Positions 40,820 through 49,531 of a stretch of DNA of 64,000 nucleotides are shown one piece after another. Source of the DNA: Nitrospirota bacterium (lineage in GTDB: Bacteria; Nitrospirota; UBA9217); assembly GCA_963818475.1 (NCBI GenBank), contig CAWFSF010000006.1, positions 928,001-992,000 of the forward strand, in the 5' to 3' direction. The translations under genes were made by a program, and so were the position numbers. Below the pieces are notes generated by a model that was not told the DNA's origin, did no database searches, and saw nothing but the letters and a program-made list of their open reading frames with translations. The number at the start of each line of letters is the position of its first letter. The first letter of the stretch is position 1.

Positions 40820-42592
40820 TCATGCGAGTATCTGCTTTGCGTGTGAGTACGAATTCCCGATCCTGCTTCCGTATTTTTCATACTGACCGAAGCCGTTGTA
40901 GTACTTGGCAAATTCCGGCCACTTATGCTCACGGAGATGTTTGATGAGATATCCTTTCTTCGGTGCTTTCTTTTGCTTGCAGAAGTCAAAGAAGCCGAGA
41001 ACATGAGCCCGTTCACTGGCCTGGAAGGCATCATACATCGCGCGCGGAGATGAGTATCCGATCAACCGATAGTTGGCAACCAATATCTGCGGGCCGCCGA
41101 TGCTTATACATCGTAAGGCAATATCTTCACCGGCAAGCCTTGACGCGAGGGATAGGACCCTATATTCGAGTGCTTGATTACCGTGAAATGCCTTGAACGC
41201 TTCGGTTACGTTTTCCCTGAACTGGTGATTATGCCAGCTCTTGCCTGACATCCCATTATGCCCCCAGTGCCGGAAATACTGATTGTAGGTATTCTGATTG
41301 GATTTCCCCCACAACTTATAGAATAAGTGGTTTTCAAATCTGATGATTGCCTTGCCAGTTGTATGGCTTCGGCCTCCGCTTTCGATCTGCCAAACCGCGA
41401 GAGCGGTCTCAGCTTCGATCCTAAGCTCGCTTGCCGCTGCCCGCATTAATCCCCCAAGGCGATTGTATGTTCTTGCCAGGCTTTTGCGGACTGAGGTCCA
41501 TTTCGGATTGATGGTTACCGAAGTACCGGGCTTTAAAGGCGAGGCCTTTAATCGAGAAGAATCTTTATAAAAAGAAGCTTGTTGGTTGCTCTGTTCTGAA
41601 TCCAGCTCTAAAAGCCCTGTATCTTCGAATTGCGAACCAGTCGCTTGATCTGCAAGCTCTTCCCAGGTTTCAGGTTCTTTGAAATCTTTATGGTCGGAGA
41701 ATTCCATGCCGGTGTATCCGGGGGTGATGCTGCTTTCCTGATCCTCAAAATATTCAAATGACTCGAAATCTTCAGACGACTCAGGGTAAGTCTCAAATTC
41801 CTTTGCAGTCGCCCTTGCCCGATTCCGCCAGGAATCCGGGATCGGGTTCCCGAGTCCTATCTTATATCCGAGTCCGCCGTCTTTCAGGCGTAGATTAGTA
41901 ACAGCCCAGTGGCCTACGTGATACCAGATGTCCGGCCCGGGACAATTCTCACGGGTACTGGCTGCCTGACGGTGAGCGAAGATGTGCGTCAGCCCGATCT
42001 TCTTTATAAGGTGTTTGACAAGGAAACGACCCGCCTCGATCTGCGCCTGTGACAGCTTGTGGCAGCCGTACTTGCCTGCCTCCCAGCATTTTCCCCTTAC
42101 ATTGGGAAAGTTTCCGGCAAATTCGACAGCCACGCTTTTTCGATTAAATCCATTCGATGCCCAGAGAAGGGCGGATACGGGATGCAGTTGGAGTATTCTG
42201 CCATTTGGCAGAATGGCATAATGCGCCGTAACTTGGTTATATCGATCAGGGTTGTTGCCCCGGCTGAATGCCATCTGATGCAACACCAAAGCCTTCACCG
42301 TGCTTGGATCACGGCGGCCTTTGCGCCTGTCTTTACGAGCGACATTCGTGCGGTCCTCTATCCGAAGCCCGCTCGTCCCGACGACTTCCTGCTCCGTATC
42401 CGGCAATTCAAGAACATCCAATTCGAAATTGTCTTCAAAGTCTTCCTGGTTCATTTTGGTGTCAGGCATTTCACTGTCTTCTGATTCGAATAAATCCTCA
42501 AAGTCTTTCTGATCATCATCGGCAAGCTCGAGCGTGTCTTCGGATTCTTCGTATTCAAAAGGCTCTTCTTCTATCTTCGGTCTATAACTCAT
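40820..42592 (-). CDS. Acidic-leader protein with Amidase_2 and DUF3380-type N-acetylmuramidase domains
   Basis: LVLHQ, AHYAI, VAVEFAG, AHRQ..CPG; AVWQIESGG, IRFENHLF, GGPQIL..NY, FAKYYNG. Confidence 0.82.
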   Translation of the reverse strand: MSYRPKIEEEPFEYEESEDTLELADDDQKDFEDLFESEDSEMPDTKMNQEDFEDNFELDVLELPDTEQEVVGTSGLRIEDRTNVARKDRRKGRRDPSTVKALVLHQMAFSRGNNPDRYNQVTAHYAILPNGRILQLHPVSALLWASNGFNRKSVAVEFAGNFPNVRGKCWEAGKYGCHKLSQAQIEAGRFLVKHLIKKIGLTHIFAHRQAASTRENCPGPDIWYHVGHWAVTNLRLKDGGLGYKIGLGNPIPDSWRNRARATAKEFETYPESSEDFESFEYFEDQESSITPGYTGMEFSDHKDFKEPETWEELADQATGSQFEDTGLLELDSEQSNQQASFYKDSSRLKASPLKPGTSVTINPKWTSVRKSLARTYNRLGGLMRAAASELRIEAETALAVWQIESGGRSHTTGKAIIRFENHLFYKLWGKSNQNTYNQYFRHWGHNGMSGKSWHNHQFRENVTEAFKAFHGNQALEYRVLSLASRLAGEDIALRCISIGGPQILVANYRLIGYSSPRAMYDAFQASERAHVLGFFDFCKQKKAPKKGYLIKHLREHKWPEFAKYYNGFGQYEKYGSRIGNSYSHAKQILA

Positions 42593-42607
42593 AAGCGGCC
42601 TCCCTGT

Positions 42608-42856
42608 TCATTGCGTACGAGAAAGTGCACATAGAGCGATATCTTGCTGCGGCCATTGCTCCGCAGCTTGTCCATCTAAACGGAATCCCATGATTTCCCG
42701 CCGGAACTACCTGATCGGTCTCGACAAGCTAGATGTCGGTATTTGGATCATCGATCCTGATGGAGGCCGCGCCTCCGCGTTCACCTGACTCACTTCCAGA
42801 ACAGCAGATGCAGAACTAAGCTTGCCCTCATTTGACGTGATAGAAATAGTAGCCAT
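42608..42856 (-). pseudogene. Degenerate short ORF remnant
   Basis: RBS AGGAG and ATG at 42856; protein-like segment GGAASIRIDDPNTDI*LVETDQV interrupted by a stop and frameshifts. Confidence 0.4.
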
Positions 42857-42931
42857 CGTATTTCTCCTGTAAGTTGGTGTGGTTCGAAAAAATTCACTCC
42901 AACGCTATTTTTCTTACTCGCAAAGAGGTCT

Positions 42932-43921
42932 TCAATTAATTATTCGTTCGTAAAGCCCCGCAACTTGTTTCCCATTGCTACATTTCAGCCAAAGCCTTCT
43001 GACGAAGTGGATTTTCTGCCTTGTCCCCAGGTGAGTGACCGGGCTCGATCCCGCGGCTGGAAGCTTCCCCCCTAAGTGCACAGGATTCGAATCATTCAGT
43101 TTCACTACAAATTCGTAAGCTGGAAATAGATCCACATATCCAAGAAAACCAATATCAACGTAGTTGCGCGCTACTCGCTTGATAAAGAAGGTGCCCTCGT
43201 AATCGATTTTGGCGTTCAATAGAAACTGCCCGACTTTCTTAATAGTCTTTGATGTTGGACATGCCGGCCCTTGCGATCCTTTGACACGAATCATTATCTC
43301 CTTCGCCGGTGTGACGCCCAAAAACGAGAAATTCATCGGTGACGTAGACGAGGTTCCTCTACACAAAACGAGGCCAGTCATGCAATCAACTTGAATGGTA
43401 GGGTCAATGCGATGATTTTGATAGATGATGCGAGGCTTATCCAGGTCCATCTTTGTCTCAGAATGCATTCTTGATGACGCATTAATATCCGGGCTCAATG
43501 ATCGTTGATCGGTAAGACCGCAAAAAAATTGTGTGACGAACATAGTCTTTCCCGCCATGCTAGGGTCCAGCTTTACGATAGAGTCAGGAACCTTCCTGGT
43601 CAGGCCTGAAACATCTCTCGGAATGAATGCATTCAACCAAACTGTGACGGTGCGAATACGATTTTCGCATGTCGGCAGCGCATCAGTCACTTCATCGAGT
43701 GCAGACTCATATTCCCAATCTGAGGTTTCGGTGCCACGAAATAGCGACTCGTCTTGCAGTTGATCATCCGATTCAGAATCAAACGACCAGCTTTCCTCTT
43801 CGCCGTATTCTGGGAAGATGTCCTGTGTCTCCTCCGAGAATTCGTCGAACGACTCAAGCGTATCTTCGAACTCGAAGTTGGTCTCCAAGGGTTCGATGTC
43901 AAATTTATATACGTTTTTCAC
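42932..43921 (-). CDS. Acidic-leader protein of unknown function (C-domain possibly DUF3238-like)
   Basis: GTG start after GGAGG; ~80-aa D/E/F-rich leader; WLNAFIP, TDQR, SSRMHSE, FPAYE. Confidence 0.7.
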   Translation of the reverse strand: MKNVYKFDIEPLETNFEFEDTLESFDEFSEETQDIFPEYGEEESWSFDSESDDQLQDESLFRGTETSDWEYESALDEVTDALPTCENRIRTVTVWLNAFIPRDVSGLTRKVPDSIVKLDPSMAGKTMFVTQFFCGLTDQRSLSPDINASSRMHSETKMDLDKPRIIYQNHRIDPTIQVDCMTGLVLCRGTSSTSPMNFSFLGVTPAKEIMIRVKGSQGPACPTSKTIKKVGQFLLNAKIDYEGTFFIKRVARNYVDIGFLGYVDLFPAYEFVVKLNDSNPVHLGGKLPAAGSSPVTHLGTRQKIHFVRRLWLKCSNGKQVAGLYERIIN

Positions 43922-44066
43922 ACCCACCTCCAAAATTTCGCTCAACTCATTCTTTTAGATGCCGCAGCGGTTTTCGTGCGTTACGGCCTTGCCGCCTGAT
44001 TCACCCTGCGAAAGTGAGGCGCGCACCACTCCTCGGGTTACGCCCGACCCCCTCTGTTCGAATAGT

Positions 44067-45605
44067 TCAGCGGGCCTTCTTCCCGACAGCCATCTCAAGC
44101 GCCCGAATCCCTTCAGCGCGGAGGTGGTCGACAAACGATCGAAAAGCATGACGTGTACCGTGGATTTGGATGGGACCTTCGGTGACCGGGTCTTTAACAT
44201 CGCGCAATCGAGCGAAGAGCCCATCGGCAATCCCCTGCTTAACCGTGACATCGACCTCCTGGTACGCGATCTCGCCCAACTGGCCCCACCGCCACTCGAG
44301 TGGTGATGCGCCACCTCCCCCGGGCAAGGGAACATTTGCGCCTGCTGAGCGATCTTCCTTGGGCACGAACCCCCTGGCAGCAAAAACAGGTGTTCCAAGA
44401 GCTTGCTTGACAGCATCAGTCCGCTGCGAAAGTGAGAGAGAACGACCTGCCAGCTTGCGGCCGACGCCCCGAACTCGCTCGAGGTCGCGAAGCGACGTGA
44501 TGACAGCGGCAGTCGCCATCATCTTGGTAGTGGATCCCGCGGCGCTTGTTCCGAGATGAGAGTCACCGACCGCGGTCCATCGGTAGCCGCCCTGAATTCT
44601 CTTCCCATCGTGATCCATGTCCGAGACGACGCGAAGGCCTCGGTTGTCTAGATTGTGCAACGCCAGGCTTACGATGTCGCCCAAGGAGAAAGTCCTTACC
44701 GCCTCCCCGCCGAGTTTTGAAGCGCGCTCCTTGATCTTCGCCTTGGTGAGCCACGACAACCACCATGCTAATGGAGGGAGCCGCTGACGCTCGTCCAGAC
44801 GGTCGTACATAAACTTGGCCATGTAACGGAGGAAGCGATCGGTCGAGTCGGGTATATGGCGCTCGTACCACTCTCGAATTGACGCGCGAGGCGTGCGTAC
44901 GTGGCCGGCAGCGAACATGTCTGTGAGGAAGTGATGGCCGAAAGCCTCCTTTGTCAGCGCTCTTCGCCACGCGCTCTGGCTAGCCTGCTCGCCGGCTTGA
45001 AGCGAATCGGCGATAGCTTTCGAATGCCATAAGACGTAGGCCTCCCAGGCACTGCCGCCAGCGGAGAAATGGGACAGGTTGCGGCTGGCGAGGACGTAGT
45101 ACCGCTCACGAACAGCGTCTTTGACCTTGTCTGGCACCTGCGGCTCCGGTACCTTTGGCTTGTGTCTCTTCAGATCGAGTGCCTGCCATCGGACCCAGGC
45201 GATCATGGCTCTCCCGGTTGGTGTGCGGGTGAGGTCCTGCATCTCGTCGTAGGTCCCGAAGTAGTCCCCCGCAAGGGCCACCACCTCTCCGAAGCTCAAG
45301 CGCTGGCCGCGTTCGCCGTAGACAATCGTTGTTGGTTCTCGACCCGAGGCCAAGTCACCAATGTCGCGATGCTCCGATCCGATGAAGTGTTGAACAGCAT
45401 CCGCTGGCTCTAGTGAGAGCTGAGAGGCCCCGTTCTCGAATCCCTCGTTGAGGCCCAGATCGAATAGCTCGTCAAGGAACTGCGCTTGGCCGGCCTCTTC
45501 CTCCCATTCCCAGTCGGCCAGCTCGGTATCAAACGTTTCGGACTCTTCATCGAATTCCGAATTAGTCTCAAACGGCTCAGACTCGATATTAAGCTCGTAC
45601 CTCAT
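44067..45605 (-). CDS. Acidic-leader protein with Zn-dependent phospholipase C-like domain
   Basis: EHRDIGD, FGEVVALAGDYF, NLSHF, EAFGHHFLTDMFAAGHVRTPR, LHNLDNRGL resemble Legionella/Pseudomonas PC-PLC motifs. Confidence 0.72.
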   Translation of the reverse strand: MRYELNIESEPFETNSEFDEESETFDTELADWEWEEEAGQAQFLDELFDLGLNEGFENGASQLSLEPADAVQHFIGSEHRDIGDLASGREPTTIVYGERGQRLSFGEVVALAGDYFGTYDEMQDLTRTPTGRAMIAWVRWQALDLKRHKPKVPEPQVPDKVKDAVRERYYVLASRNLSHFSAGGSAWEAYVLWHSKAIADSLQAGEQASQSAWRRALTKEAFGHHFLTDMFAAGHVRTPRASIREWYERHIPDSTDRFLRYMAKFMYDRLDERQRLPPLAWWLSWLTKAKIKERASKLGGEAVRTFSLGDIVSLALHNLDNRGLRVVSDMDHDGKRIQGGYRWTAVGDSHLGTSAAGSTTKMMATAAVITSLRDLERVRGVGRKLAGRSLSLSQRTDAVKQALGTPVFAARGFVPKEDRSAGANVPLPGGGGASPLEWRWGQLGEIAYQEVDVTVKQGIADGLFARLRDVKDPVTEGPIQIHGTRHAFRSFVDHLRAEGIRALEMAVGKKAR

Positions 45606-46701
45606 GACTTACCTCCAGGATTTTTGCCTTCGCGCTCCTGTTTCGTGCGATGCGCGCGAGCGCGTCCACCGCAAGGTCGATATCGCCTTGCCTGAGGAGT
45701 GCCGTAATGAGAAAACTGATGCGTGGGCGATGGCCATTGCGCCCGCGATGCAGTACCGTCCGAATCCCACATTGCAGCAGGCGGTCGTAAAGCGTTTCCG
45801 CGTCAAGCCCGGATGCAGGCACGAATGTCTGGACCGGGAACAAACCGCCGCTGGTTAAGAAACCGGCATGTGCCATGCGACTGCGGAAACGACGCACCAG
45901 ATGGGCGAGACGCAATCGCAGCTGGTCGCCATACTTCAGGTTTGCAACAAGAGCATGCTCAGCGGCATGGACAACTGCAAGGGAAGGCGGGCTGCAATGA
46001 ACCCTCGTTTCGCTCTTCTCTTCGAACCAGCCCACCATCCTGCTGCTTCCTGATAGGGCGGCTGCAGGAACGCCGAATCCCTTGGCCATCGAACTCGCCA
46101 TCAGCACATGAGGGTTCTGTGCGTTATTGCTCCACTGGAGTATGCCGCCGCCACCCATGCCATAGGGGGTTTTTTTTTCCGGCGAATGCCCCAATATCCC
46201 GAGTGATTGTGTGTCGTCCAGGATCAGCAGCCCGCCCGCGTCCCGGGCAAACGCCGCATATTCTGAAACAGGCGCGGGCTTTCCGCAGGCCGGACAAAAG
46301 CCGTCGGACAGGATCACCGGCCGCCTGCGGTGATTCGAATCATTTTTCATTACTGCCTTAAGGGCATCAGGGCGATAGTGAGCAAAAGTCCTGACGGGAA
46401 CACCGCGCGATGCGGCGCGTTCCACTCCCCACCGGGCGATCGGGTAAACACCCGCGTCCATGTAAATGGCGCTGTCATACTTGTCGAGAATGCCGAAAAG
46501 GTCCCAGAACAAATGCAGGGTGGAGGGAGCAAGTACTGCCCGCTCGCAACCCTGCAGCTCCGCCAATTTCCGGGCAATCGCGCGTGCTTCCCGGGGCTCT
46601 TGCAATGCCGCAGGGGCGCCAAACGTCAGCGTCTCCCACGGACGAAGGCTGCGGCTCGGGTGATGCATGCCGAGATAGAGCGCAGAACTGAAATCCATCA
46701 T
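45589..46701 (-). CDS. PLP-dependent class I/II aminotransferase-fold enzyme (BioF/AONS-like, divergent)
   Basis: DFSSALYLG, FAH, LSDGF, LILDDTQSLGILG, GGG, SMAKGFG (Schiff-base Lys), PVQ. Confidence 0.8.
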   Translation of the reverse strand: MMDFSSALYLGMHHPSRSLRPWETLTFGAPAALQEPREARAIARKLAELQGCERAVLAPSTLHLFWDLFGILDKYDSAIYMDAGVYPIARWGVERAASRGVPVRTFAHYRPDALKAVMKNDSNHRRRPVILSDGFCPACGKPAPVSEYAAFARDAGGLLILDDTQSLGILGHSPEKKTPYGMGGGGILQWSNNAQNPHVLMASSMAKGFGVPAAALSGSSRMVGWFEEKSETRVHCSPPSLAVVHAAEHALVANLKYGDQLRLRLAHLVRRFRSRMAHAGFLTSGGLFPVQTFVPASGLDAETLYDRLLQCGIRTVLHRGRNGHRPRISFLITALLRQGDIDLAVDALARIARNRSAKAKILEVSHEVRA

Positions 46702-46711
46702 GACGTGCTGC

Positions 46712-48193
46712 CTATCTGCGCTGCAACTGCATCTCCAAACGCCTGCTCAAATGGACCGACGGTTTAGTTGCATCCACCTTGCCGTTCACGACGGGATTAG
46801 CCAGGTCAACGCCAGTGGCGATCCGATAGGCGTGCGCATAGCTCTGGATCTCGCTTCTCCAGTACAGTGCCCAGTTCCTCGCTTCCTCGGCGTCGTTTAC
46901 GTTGTTCCAGTCGCCGTAACGGATGGACAGGAGTATCTGCTCGCCGAATACGCCCAGGTCGCTGAAATGCATGGCGGAGACATCCGTCCATCCCTGAATG
47001 GTCTTTAACGCGTCAACTGCGGACATCCAGCCTTCACGGTAGGGCATCATCGGTCTGCGGCCGAGGAACTCATGCATCTCAGGCCTCGACAGCAGCCATT
47101 GCTGCATCAGCATCTCCACGCGGGCCTGGAAAGGCAGGTCCCCAAACTGATTGTGTGCGCCCTCCGCAAGGAGCATATGCACTTCCTTAAGCGCGTTCAG
47201 GAGCGGGAACGGGTCCGGGACCATCAGCTTGTTGTTTTCTTCCTTGAAGAAGATCATGCATCTGTTTAGGAGGTTGTGAAACGCTTCGATGAACTTCGAG
47301 CGGCTGTCGGCGGTTTGCAATACCGGAACCGCCTTGCCTATGAGCGTAAGCCCGTACTCATGATCGTACTCATAGGCGCGGCGCTGCATGGACAGGCGGT
47401 TGTGCTCGTCTTGAATGTAACCCCAGAGCAGGTTGCTGAGAGGACGAAGCGGACTGAGCGTGAGGTTTGCCAGAGGGTCCCTGGACGACATCTTCTTGTT
47501 CTGGAACCGCAGGCTGATCGCATTGATCGCCTGGGCAAGCATTCCCTCTTCGTGCCAGTATGACCAGATCAACTCGATCATACACGGGTTATTCACCCGG
47601 TTATCGATGACAAGATTACTGTCGTCGCAAAAGATGCTTTTAAGGCCTGTCTGCAGATTTAAGTTGTTCAGAATTCTTTTGAGATAGGGAAGTTGAGGAT
47701 TGCCATCAAAGTATTGATCCACCAGGTTCTTCAGCTTGTCCATCAGGTCTGCTGGAGTATCTATCTCCCACCCGAGCCGCTTCTTTTCGTTCTCAAAATC
47801 GCCGTCAAGTCGCACGGTATCCAGTGCATTTGGCTGCTCTCTCGTGATGTCGATTCTTACGGAGGAGCACGCATACAGCATCAGGAAAAGCTCTGTTGCG
47901 GCCTTAAGTGAATCGTAAGAATGTACTCCTTTAAAGCACCTGTCCGTGTCACTTTTTTTATCAAGCCCTGCCTCGGTGATTTTTTTACTGATGTTCGCAT
48001 CGACATTCTCTTGTTTAAACTCCTGACATGCGGCTGACTCAGGAGCGGGCCTCTCAGGACATATGGCGCATTTTAAAAAATCTTGATAGTTACTAAAACT
48101 GATGGTTTTTGTCCGGAGTCTTATTGCAGTGTTCAGTGCTTGCCCGGGTGTTTCGTATCTTTTAGATTCAAGGCTAAAAATGTTGTCAGTCAT
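46712..48193 (-). CDS. Hypothetical protein, 493 aa, Trp-rich C-terminal domain
   Basis: Long ORF with RBS AAGGAGG in operon; IELIWSYWHEEGML, RRAYEYDHEYGL, EGAHNQFGDLP; no recognised family. Confidence 0.85.
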   Translation of the reverse strand: MTDNIFSLESKRYETPGQALNTAIRLRTKTISFSNYQDFLKCAICPERPAPESAACQEFKQENVDANISKKITEAGLDKKSDTDRCFKGVHSYDSLKAATELFLMLYACSSVRIDITREQPNALDTVRLDGDFENEKKRLGWEIDTPADLMDKLKNLVDQYFDGNPQLPYLKRILNNLNLQTGLKSIFCDDSNLVIDNRVNNPCMIELIWSYWHEEGMLAQAINAISLRFQNKKMSSRDPLANLTLSPLRPLSNLLWGYIQDEHNRLSMQRRAYEYDHEYGLTLIGKAVPVLQTADSRSKFIEAFHNLLNRCMIFFKEENNKLMVPDPFPLLNALKEVHMLLAEGAHNQFGDLPFQARVEMLMQQWLLSRPEMHEFLGRRPMMPYREGWMSAVDALKTIQGWTDVSAMHFSDLGVFGEQILLSIRYGDWNNVNDAEEARNWALYWRSEIQSYAHAYRIATGVDLANPVVNGKVDATKPSVHLSRRLEMQLQRR

Positions 48194-48208
48194 GACATCC
48201 TCCTTTTG

Positions 48209-49531
48209 CTATATTCCCGTTGAGTGTAGTTCTCTTAACGGCCGTTCACTCGACCGCTTCGAGCAGTTCGCTGAAGTATCGAGCGCGTTTTTCAGCGCCC
48301 ATTGTTTGAGCAACTCTGCCAGTATGCCGCTTTCCTTTTCCGGCGTTATCCTTCCATCACCCCGTGCCTGCCCGATTGCCGCGAAAACCAGGGACGGCTT
48401 CTCTGTCAGCATTTGTTCTGGTGAAGATCGCCATGACTCATAGAGTTCCTGCAACTGCTGAGGCCGGTGTTTACCGCACCTGAGTACTTCCATTACCGAG
48501 CTGCCGCGTAAAGACTTCGGCCTGTGGTTCACGAGCAATGTCACAAAACCCGGCATGGTGGAAAGCAGGCTCGAGATCGCCCGCCTCTTTTCCTCGGGAA
48601 GACCCGCAGCCGGATACAGGGTTTCCCATAGTTGAGATAGCCTTGCCCACTGCGGGTGAGGGTAAAGCGCATTCCCGATTGCGCAGCTAAGTTTCACGCG
48701 TATCCACGGAAACGGGTGCGGGTCATCGAGTGTGAACCTGAAAACAAAGGCGCGGGGGAGGCTGACCACGCTTATGAGTCCGAGCGTGGAAGCAATGCCT
48801 ATTTTCGCAATTGCCCAGAAGTCTGCAAGGATCTCGGAAATCCAGCGATCCCAGAGGCTCCAGGCGATGGCTTGATCGCCGCCGCTCTTCTGCAGACCCT
48901 GAAGTACCTCCCGTACGGACTTTACCAGGTCGAGCAGCGCTGAGCCCTGATGTCCTACCTCGTGTATCAGTGAAGAGGCGATCCCGCTGCCGACCATCCG
49001 CTCGCGGGGGACACGGATGACGGCAACAGGGTTTTGAGCGCCGCCCGGCAACCTCGTTCGTGCCCGCCGGATCGCCGCGCCGTGGCCCCGGTCAAGATAG
49101 CATACGACCGGAGGAGGCTCATAATAATGGCCTTCGATCCGGAGCGCGTCGGCTGAAACAACATCGAGGCCGGAAAGCCAGATCCCTGTTTCCTGTTCGC
49201 TCCGCTGATTCAGCACATCCGCAAAGATGTCGAATTGAGATAAGACATTATTGAATCTCATCCGCAGAATCGTGAATCTTCGCTGCGCTTCCGTCGCAGA
49301 AATACGCTCAACCCCGCCTTGTTCGAGCCAATGGTAGTAGCTGTGGATCATCTCCCGTAGCTGCGCATTTCCGGTCGCAATAGACTTTTCAATTGCATAG
49401 AGCGCGTTCGGTGAAATAGCCGCTGCCGGGACCATGGGCATGGTGAGAGAAAATGACCTCACCCTGTCCAGCCGCGCCAACAGCGCACGTGCTTCCTGCA
49501 AGAGGAAGGAATGAGCTACGCTGCCGTTCAT
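48209..49531 (-). CDS. Putative HEXXH zinc metalloprotease of unknown family
   Basis: SLIHEVGHQG followed by WISEILADFW and DPHP; start overlaps upstream stop (ATGA). Confidence 0.7.
   Translation of the reverse strand: MNGSVAHSFLLQEARALLARLDRVRSFSLTMPMVPAAAISPNALYAIEKSIATGNAQLREMIHSYYHWLEQGGVERISATEAQRRFTILRMRFNNVLSQFDIFADVLNQRSEQETGIWLSGLDVVSADALRIEGHYYEPPPVVCYLDRGHGAAIRRARTRLPGGAQNPVAVIRVPRERMVGSGIASSLIHEVGHQGSALLDLVKSVREVLQGLQKSGGDQAIAWSLWDRWISEILADFWAIAKIGIASTLGLISVVSLPRAFVFRFTLDDPHPFPWIRVKLSCAIGNALYPHPQWARLSQLWETLYPAAGLPEEKRRAISSLLSTMPGFVTLLVNHRPKSLRGSSVMEVLRCGKHRPQQLQELYESWRSSPEQMLTEKPSLVFAAIGQARGDGRITPEKESGILAELLKQWALKNALDTSANCSKRSSERPLRELHSTGI

Noticed and set aside
45589-46701. Calling the gene bioF
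   Set aside because: Key His motifs are substituted and there is no biotin gene context
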